Below are positions 57,709 to 64,000 of a DNA stretch of 64,000 nt, in pieces. Each line of letters starts with the position of its first letter. Position 1 is the first letter of the stretch. Position numbers and translations under genes: made by a program. The notes below the pieces were generated by a model, which saw nothing but the letters and a program-made list of their open reading frames with translations, was not told the origin of the DNA and made no database searches. The stretch is from Spirochaetia bacterium (GTDB lineage Bacteria; Spirochaetota; Spirochaetia; WTKD01; G963693115): contig CBDDCA010000006.1 of NCBI GenBank assembly GCA_965226055.1, positions 320,001-384,000 on the forward strand, in the 5' to 3' direction.

Positions 57709-59094
57709 TCATTCAAATGCTGGTAATTCAATATCATGATGTACAAAGACAAATGATTCAGTGCCTGGATCAACTGTCAAAGTTGGCTGTCTATCCAAAA
57801 GCTTGTTTGCTAACTCTGTGGCAGTCGAAACAATTTCTCCTCCTGCATTACTAGTAGCATTTGACAATGACGTATTGCCAGTACTCCTCTGTGCTTGTGC
57901 AGAAGTGTATTCTATCCCCAGCTTAAACAATGAAGAAAGCACTGTTATAGCCATGCTTTCAGCAATAGTCGTCTTTACCCTTGAGATAATACCCGAAGCT
58001 CCCTGTACATCCACTCCCTGCATACCCTGTAATGCCACACTCACTCCGTCAGGACGAGTTAATGTTTCCCATACCACTAACACTCTCAGCTGTCCCCAAG
58101 AAATTTCAGAATCATAGCTTCCTACAAGCAAAGAGCCTTTTGGAATGAGCAAATTATATCCACTAAATGTATCGTATACATTTTCTACTACTCTTGCACT
58201 AATATACCCCGGTAAATCACTGTTAATTTTTGTAAGCAACACTATAGGAATAACACTTCCCGAAACAAGCACATAGTCAGTATTAAGCTGTACATAATCA
58301 GATCGTGTTTGTAAATCAGCTTTACTCTGTTGTTTTTGACGCAAAAAATCTTGCTTATTTTTTTGTGAATTTTGCATATCATAGGAGGTTCTATTGTCGG
58401 GTAGCTGTAAAGCCCCTTGTGCAAGGCTTCCTCCTCCAGAACCTAGTGCATTTGCTAACTGAGACGCTCCTCCAAGAATTCCGCCAGTATCAATAGACAT
58501 GTTTCCTTGAGACACAAACAGTGCAGATTTACGTCCTCTTTGTACATGAGAAGGAGTGTCTGCACTCACAGCACTTGTAGAGGAATCTCTTCCATTAAAA
58601 CTGCTCTCCAAATACTCCTTGATATAAGCAAGCCTATCGCCATACGATGAAGTGGAATTATATCTATTGCTATGATCATTAGTACTTGCATACCCACTTC
58701 CTGTATCAAAGTCACTAGGAGCTTGTGCGTACTCACTGCTGTTAGGCTTTTGCATTTCTGTTTCCGATAGGGAGTTTGCTACTCCACTAGCCGAAGGAGT
58801 ACTTGCATATGTCCCCAAACTTGAAGAGTATGCAGCTATCCCATTAGTTGAAGTATCGTCACTTTGCATATCTGCAGTAGTAAGCGATGTATCTTTATAA
58901 TCTTCATCGACAATAGTAAGATCTTGCGGAATAATGACAGAAAATATTTCTTGTTCTTCTGCTGATGCTACATTCTTCTTTATCTTTCCTGCTTGACTTA
59001 CTCCAATAACAATAGACATACCTATTAAAAAGAAAAAGATAAAAAAAGTAGCCCGTAAGACTTTTAGTTTTGTCTTTATTTTCTTAGGTTTCAT
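57709..59094 (-). CDS. trbI: T4SS core protein TrbI/VirB10
   Basis: N-terminal TM; GSVIPIVLLTKINSDLPG, LLIPKGSLLVGSY, RVLVVWETLTRPDG, QPTLTVDPG. Confidence 0.93.
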   Translation of the reverse strand: MKPKKIKTKLKVLRATFFIFFFLIGMSIVIGVSQAGKIKKNVASAEEQEIFSVIIPQDLTIVDEDYKDTSLTTADMQSDDTSTNGIAAYSSSLGTYASTPSASGVANSLSETEMQKPNSSEYAQAPSDFDTGSGYASTNDHSNRYNSTSSYGDRLAYIKEYLESSFNGRDSSTSAVSADTPSHVQRGRKSALFVSQGNMSIDTGGILGGASQLANALGSGGGSLAQGALQLPDNRTSYDMQNSQKNKQDFLRQKQQSKADLQTRSDYVQLNTDYVLVSGSVIPIVLLTKINSDLPGYISARVVENVYDTFSGYNLLIPKGSLLVGSYDSEISWGQLRVLVVWETLTRPDGVSVALQGMQGVDVQGASGIISRVKTTIAESMAITVLSSLFKLGIEYTSAQAQRSTGNTSLSNATSNAGGEIVSTATELANKLLDRQPTLTVDPGTESFVFVHHDIELPAFE

Positions 59095-60065
59095 TGTTCC
59101 ATTCCTTTCACAATAAGAATACTATCTTCTTTCTTTGATCCTAAACGTAGTTCTGCTTTTTGGAAAAGAGAATCTACAATATAATAATCACCTATCACAC
59201 GATAGTTTACAAGCGTACTTTTTCCTAGTGCATTGATAGTAAATAATGCTGGAGCTTTTGCTATATGGTATTTACTAAAAAACTGAATAAATGTTCTTTC
59301 TCCATTGTCAAACACCTTATTTGGTTTCCATGATGGTTCTTTTCCATAACTTATAATGCGATAATTAAAATTTAGATCTTTTAGCAGCATTGGTTCTTCT
59401 AAAAGTTGTTTCTTTTTTTGTGTTGATTTAAGTATCTCCATAGGATACCTCCACTCAACCGCCACCATAAATGTTTTTTTATTACTCTCTAAACTTAAAT
59501 AGTATGTTCTCTTTGTAGTGTTAATAACCATGTTAGTAGTTAGATTAGATAACAATGGCTTTATATACACAAGAGGTCTATCTACGGCAGTATCAATTTC
59601 AATCATCCAGTTGGCAGAATCTCCTACTACAATTTCTCCATCAATAAGTTCTTTTTTATCAAAACGTAATACTGTTACGCGCTGTGGAGTAGTATAAATA
59701 CTGTAAATATACTTATCATAATAGTTGTATAGTACAAGACTATTTTGTATTGTAGATTGTACTGGCTCTTGAAGTGCCTGTGCATTTGCATTTTCTATAA
59801 GCTGCTTTGGACTGTTTTTGGTATCGGAATCACGGAGCGTGTCATTTGTCTGAAAAAGCTGCATTTGAATAATAGGGTCCTGCATAGCAACACACTGTTC
59901 TTGTGTACTACAATCATCTTGATATAACAAAGAAGCATCTTCATCAAAAGCATCAAGCTCCTCTTGCGTTGGTACATCAGCACCATTAACACTATTTTCT
60001 CCATCCTTTGTGTTACTTACACAAGCAATGGTGATGATACTAAGAAACAATACTATTATTTTCAT
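59091..60065 (-). CDS. trbG: T4SS core protein TrbG/VirB9 (lipoprotein-like signal)
   Basis: GDSANW, VYIKP, TNMVINTTKRTYYL, LNFNY, WKPNKVFDNGERTFIQF, LVNYRV. The ATG at 60065 overlaps the trbF stop. Confidence 0.92.
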   Translation of the reverse strand: MKIIVLFLSIITIACVSNTKDGENSVNGADVPTQEELDAFDEDASLLYQDDCSTQEQCVAMQDPIIQMQLFQTNDTLRDSDTKNSPKQLIENANAQALQEPVQSTIQNSLVLYNYYDKYIYSIYTTPQRVTVLRFDKKELIDGEIVVGDSANWMIEIDTAVDRPLVYIKPLLSNLTTNMVINTTKRTYYLSLESNKKTFMVAVEWRYPMEILKSTQKKKQLLEEPMLLKDLNFNYRIISYGKEPSWKPNKVFDNGERTFIQFFSKYHIAKAPALFTINALGKSTLVNYRVIGDYYIVDSLFQKAELRLGSKKEDSILIVKGMEQ

Positions 60066-60715
60066 TCTACCTCCACTTTTGTCCAATTAAAAGCATCAAT
60101 AAAAAACCCTAATGGATTATACTTTATAAGTACAGGATCATTTATAGGACGAAGCTCAATCTTAAATAACCCTCTCCAAGAAGATCTATCAATTATTTTT
60201 CCATTTTTATCCCAAATAGTTTCAATCCAATTTACCTGTCGAGAATACTGTGAATGTTCTAATACTGATGTTATTTTTATATCTACCCTCTCGGTCTTAA
60301 ATCGCGTAAGAGGGTCTATATCTCTCGCATATGTTGTAAGAATTTCTGCTCCAGCAGGAGTAAGAAAATAGTAAGCGTTCTTCCAGTTTTGTTTTACTAC
60401 CACTATATCACTTGAAAGAGAACGCACATATTCCAAAAACCGAAACAAATAGTGTCGTACATGCTTTTCTGTTATTTGAAAACGCTGTTCATATACTGAG
60501 CCAAGATACTCTGCTGAGCCGTTTTTATCAACTTCTATAATATGAGGAACAACACGAGGAGCATCTAACAAACTGATAATACCAAAACTCAAAGCTCCTG
60601 TAATACAAAGCAAAAATAAAGTGCTTGCACTCCAAAAGCGTACTTGCATCTGAGCTTGCCCCAGACGCTTATCCCATTGTTGTTTTGCTAATTTATACGG
60701 TGTATCAATTTCCAT
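60062..60715 (-). CDS. trbF: T4SS protein TrbF/VirB8
   Basis: TPYKLAKQQWDKRLG, VVPHIIEVD, VRSLSSDIVVVKQNW..AY, QVNWIE, NPLGFFI. Confidence 0.92.
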   Translation of the reverse strand: MEIDTPYKLAKQQWDKRLGQAQMQVRFWSASTLFLLCITGALSFGIISLLDAPRVVPHIIEVDKNGSAEYLGSVYEQRFQITEKHVRHYLFRFLEYVRSLSSDIVVVKQNWKNAYYFLTPAGAEILTTYARDIDPLTRFKTERVDIKITSVLEHSQYSRQVNWIETIWDKNGKIIDRSSWRGLFKIELRPINDPVLIKYNPLGFFIDAFNWTKVEVE

Positions 60716-60943
60716 ACATACATAAGTACATATTTTTTTGATATTTGATTGATAGTTTTCATAAAATAATGCATATAAAATCTATATAGCATCATATTAT
60801 TTTTCAATACAATATTCCCATAGAAAATAAAGATGAGAAAAGTATACTGCTCCGTTAAATAACCCCATTACATAAACTCCATCATATACCTATAGCTGAG
60901 AGATACAAAAAAGAGTACGATGTACTGCTATATCATAGCAGCT

Positions 60944-62191
60944 TTATTGTATTGCAGCAAATGTATCTGTAAGCAATACTACAAACTCATCAAGAGATAT
61001 TTCTTTTTTTGCAAACTGTTCAAAGAGAGGCCCTATATTTGCTCGAAAATCACTAGGAAGATGAAACTGATTCCATGTATATGTTTTCCCTTGTGCTTGC
61101 CACTGTAAAAGCGATGCAGAAAGTGGTGCCGATGGCTTTAATGTTATGTTCTTAAATGCAGGAATGGCTTTTATTTGATTTACTATATAATCATGCCCTT
61201 GTTCACTTTCAGCAATAAATCGTAAAAATTGCTTTGCTCCCTCTACATTTCCTTCCTTATTTACCACATACCATGAAGGAGGGTTTACAAATACCCCATC
61301 AGTATCTTCCATAGAAGAACCATGTGGAGCATATGCTCTAGGGAATGTTACATTAGCATTTGCAAGGTTAGGTTCAATCCAGTTTCCTTGATGTATAAAC
61401 ACTGCCTTTTGTGTAGCAAACGCATTTACTTGAGCATCATAGTCTCCAGTAATAAGCACTCGAGGATCAGAATAATCAAACAGTAACTGTACCCATTGTG
61501 CGTACTCTCTTAAGCGTTTCTCGTCCACTTTTCCTTCAAGAGCAAGATCTAGTATAGAACTATCGTCTCTTGCAAGCCCATTAGAAAGATATGAATTTAT
61601 ATTATGAATGGCCACCCACTGCATACCAGATCCTATACTCATAGAGACAACACTCTCTATACCTAAAGCATCTTTCATAGAATCCAATAGTTCAAATGCA
61701 TTTTTATATGCAGTATAATTAGTAAGAGTCATAGGATCAATACCTGCTTTATCAAGTAAGTTTTTGTTATATCCCATACCCCATCCCTCTACGGCAACAG
61801 GAAATCCAAAAACTTTGTTATCAGCCATAAATGCAAGATCAGTAAATGATACCCACGACTCTTGAGAAAGATCAGATATATATTCCGACCATATTTGATA
61901 ATCCTCAGGGCCTTCAATGACAAAAATATCAGGAGCTTCCCCTGCATTGATAGCAGCTCGTAGCTGAGTTGCAGGGATACAAGAATCACCGCCACATGTC
62001 TTGACAACAAGTTCAATGCCACTTTCTTCTTGAAACGCTTGCCCTAACGCTTTTAGTTCAGCATCAATTTCAACTTTATTCTGCATAATAGTGACACTAT
62101 TACTAGACGCTTCATTAGAAGCTCCTGCCCATACCATTACAGTACTGCAGAAAAAAACAATCATAAAAAATAATACTAAAAAATGTTTCAT
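60944..62191 (-). CDS. Carbohydrate ABC transporter substrate-binding protein (family 1)
   Basis: GEAPDIF, GFPVAVEGWGMGYNKNLLDKAG, FIHQGNW. Start set at the ATG at 62191 after GAGAGG. Confidence 0.88.
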   Translation of the reverse strand: MKHFLVLFFMIVFFCSTVMVWAGASNEASSNSVTIMQNKVEIDAELKALGQAFQEESGIELVVKTCGGDSCIPATQLRAAINAGEAPDIFVIEGPEDYQIWSEYISDLSQESWVSFTDLAFMADNKVFGFPVAVEGWGMGYNKNLLDKAGIDPMTLTNYTAYKNAFELLDSMKDALGIESVVSMSIGSGMQWVAIHNINSYLSNGLARDDSSILDLALEGKVDEKRLREYAQWVQLLFDYSDPRVLITGDYDAQVNAFATQKAVFIHQGNWIEPNLANANVTFPRAYAPHGSSMEDTDGVFVNPPSWYVVNKEGNVEGAKQFLRFIAESEQGHDYIVNQIKAIPAFKNITLKPSAPLSASLLQWQAQGKTYTWNQFHLPSDFRANIGPLFEQFAKKEISLDEFVVLLTDTFAAIQ

Positions 62192-62241
62192 ATTTATACC
62201 TCTCAAATTAAATAATGAATGTGCCTTATATATACCTCTTT

Positions 62242-63522
62242 CTATTGTATCAAAAATTCTGGAAGCCAAAGTGTTAAAAAAGGCAGCAAACAAATTAGCA
62301 ACAACACGACAATATTTCCTATGAGTATAGGAAGTGCTCCCTTAAATATCTTGAATATGGATAAACCAGAGATTGCTGAGGCAACATTAAGACAGGTACC
62401 AACAGGAGGAGTTACTGCTCCAACCGCTAATCCTGCTATAAGTAATACCCCAAACTGTATAGGAGATATTCCTAGCTGTAAACATACTGGTAAGAATACA
62501 GGAGTAAAAATAATAATGGCAGGAGTAACATCAATAAAAGTGCCTGCCATCAAAATAATCACCATCATACAAATAAGTGTCAAAGGAGCACTCAATCCCA
62601 AACTTACAATGTAAGCTCCTAGCTTTGCAGGAATCATTTCAATAGAGAGTATCCATACATATAGTTGAGAGCTCGCAATGATAATCATAATTGAGCTACT
62701 CACTTTTATTGCTTGACTAAACAAAGCTGGTATAGCTCTAATTTTAATTGATTTGTAAATAAAATATCCAATAATAAGAGCGTACATCACCCCAAAAGAA
62801 GCAGCTTCATTTGATGTTGCTATTGCTAATATCACCGAACCAATAACAATGACAGGCATAAGCAATGCCAGCATTGACTCTCTTAAAAGATGAAAAAATT
62901 CAGCCACATTCTTAAAATGCATCTTTTCAACAGGATATTTGTTTCTATACGATAATATGAGATTCATAACAATTTGAAATAGCCCTATCAGTACACCTGG
63001 TATCAGAGCGCCTATAAACAGTTTTCCTATTGATTGACTTGAACTGATAGCATATATTACCATAGGCACACTTGGCGGAATTATCATTCCCATAGTAGAA
63101 GACGCTACTGTAATTCCAGAAGCATATGATTTTGGATACCCTCTCTCTTCCATTGCAGGAATCAAAATAGCTCCCACTGATGCCGTGTCTGAGGTAGATG
63201 ATCCAGATATCCCTCCAAAAATCATACTTGATATAATATTGATAGTACCTAATCCTCCACGTTGTCGCCATACAAAAATACCACTAAAATTTATGATTTT
63301 TTTAGTTAATCCTGCCTCATTCATTATCTGCCCCATTGCAATAAACAAAGGTAATGCAATAAGACCATAATTATTAAAGCCGTTATAAATTTTTTGTGGA
63401 ACAATAGAGATAAATTCAGGGTTAAATAAAAACAAATATACTAAAGAAGAAAGTCCTAAACATACTCCTATAGGCATGCCTATTATGAGAAAAAACAGTA
63501 AAGAAATAACCAGCACACTCAT
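62242..63522 (-). CDS. dctM: TRAP transporter large permease
   Basis: GGISGSSTSD, IIPPSVPMVIY, GAVTPPVG. Confidence 0.93.
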   Translation of the reverse strand: MSVLVISLLFFLIIGMPIGVCLGLSSLVYLFLFNPEFISIVPQKIYNGFNNYGLIALPLFIAMGQIMNEAGLTKKIINFSGIFVWRQRGGLGTINIISSMIFGGISGSSTSDTASVGAILIPAMEERGYPKSYASGITVASSTMGMIIPPSVPMVIYAISSSQSIGKLFIGALIPGVLIGLFQIVMNLILSYRNKYPVEKMHFKNVAEFFHLLRESMLALLMPVIVIGSVILAIATSNEAASFGVMYALIIGYFIYKSIKIRAIPALFSQAIKVSSSIMIIIASSQLYVWILSIEMIPAKLGAYIVSLGLSAPLTLICMMVIILMAGTFIDVTPAIIIFTPVFLPVCLQLGISPIQFGVLLIAGLAVGAVTPPVGTCLNVASAISGLSIFKIFKGALPILIGNIVVLLLICLLPFLTLWLPEFLIQ

Positions 63523-63525
63523 ATA

Positions 63526-64000
63526 TTACAGTCCTGTATACTCAGCTACTTGTTCTTGCTGTAAGTAATTTTTACGAAACAGAATAAGTATAATATTTCG
63601 TATAATATAAATAATAGTGATACCAGCATACACAAAGATGGCTGATTCTTGTACCCAATAAGGAATGCCTAAAATAGTAGTTTTTGATCCTCCCGTCACT
63701 CTTATCCAATCAATAGCATAATAGATGATCATTACATGAAAAAAGATATTACAGAAATACGCAAAGATAATCACAACTTTAGACAACGAAGGCGGCAGTT
63801 TTTCTAAAAAAAACGATATTCTTATATGGCTTCTATCCCTATAAAGCAAAGATGCTCCAATAGCAGTACCATATATAAACAGCACAGTAGATACTTCTGC
63901 CCCTCCAAATAGAGAGGCACTAAATACATATCGTAACAACACCAATAAAAATACTATGATAAATATAGTAATAAAACATACTGTCATCACGAAATTAATC
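63526..64000 (-). CDS. dctQ: TRAP transporter small permease, 5'-partial
   Basis: LRYVFSASLFGGAEV...HIRISFF; directly upstream of dctM. Confidence 0.85.
   Translation of the reverse strand, partial: INFVMTVCFITIFIIVFLLVLLRYVFSASLFGGAEVSTVLFIYGTAIGASLLYRDRSHIRISFFLEKLPPSLSKVVIIFAYFCNIFFHVMIIYYAIDWIRVTGGSKTTILGIPYWVQESAIFVYAGITIIYIIRNIILILFRKNYLQQEQVAEYTGL

Noticed and set aside
46-63370. Numerous 60-180 aa ORFs overlapping or antisense to called genes (e.g. 35927..36472, 4257..4673, 42941..43135, 29844..30059)
   Set aside because: Shadow frames of real genes or tRNAs with no motifs or RBS.
1-64000. CRISPR array, rRNA, prophage structural genes, retron or reverse transcriptase
   Set aside because: No regularly spaced repeats, rRNA-like tract, phage structural motifs or RT motifs were seen by eye.

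Overview
AT-rich bacterial chromosome segment, most likely from a spirochete. This is an inference from polA-coaE-SPOR synteny, a double-cNMP Crp, a vWA protein and a cyclophilin-FKBP fusion. Housekeeping genes: polA, coaE, ilvC, glyA, aconitase, citrate synthase, IDH, tRNA-Ser-ffs-dnaX-recR, radA, tRNA-Arg and two TRAP transporters. Accessory loci: (1) a type I R-M operon with a HEPN toxin gene between hsdM and hsdS and its MNT antitoxin fused in frame to HsdS, the best candidate for an undescribed 'guarded R-M' system; (2) a patatin/CD-NTase/E2-SEC-C CBASS whose cyclase tail appears frameshifted by a 10-bp duplication that removes a KPYYG motif; (3) an eight-gene crtI + Lol-like ABC + LolA-like + outer-membrane barrel + Omp85-like cluster; (4) orphan trbF-trbG-trbI T4SS core genes with a TraF-like peptidase; (5) an MTase/nuclease pair, an IS1595-family element abutting a truncated FN3/DUF285 gene, and several remnants. 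Two genes are missing from the ORF track: a partial CDS at 1..708 (-) and a NUDIX hydrolase with no canonical start codon. All calls come from reading motifs by eye; no searches were run.
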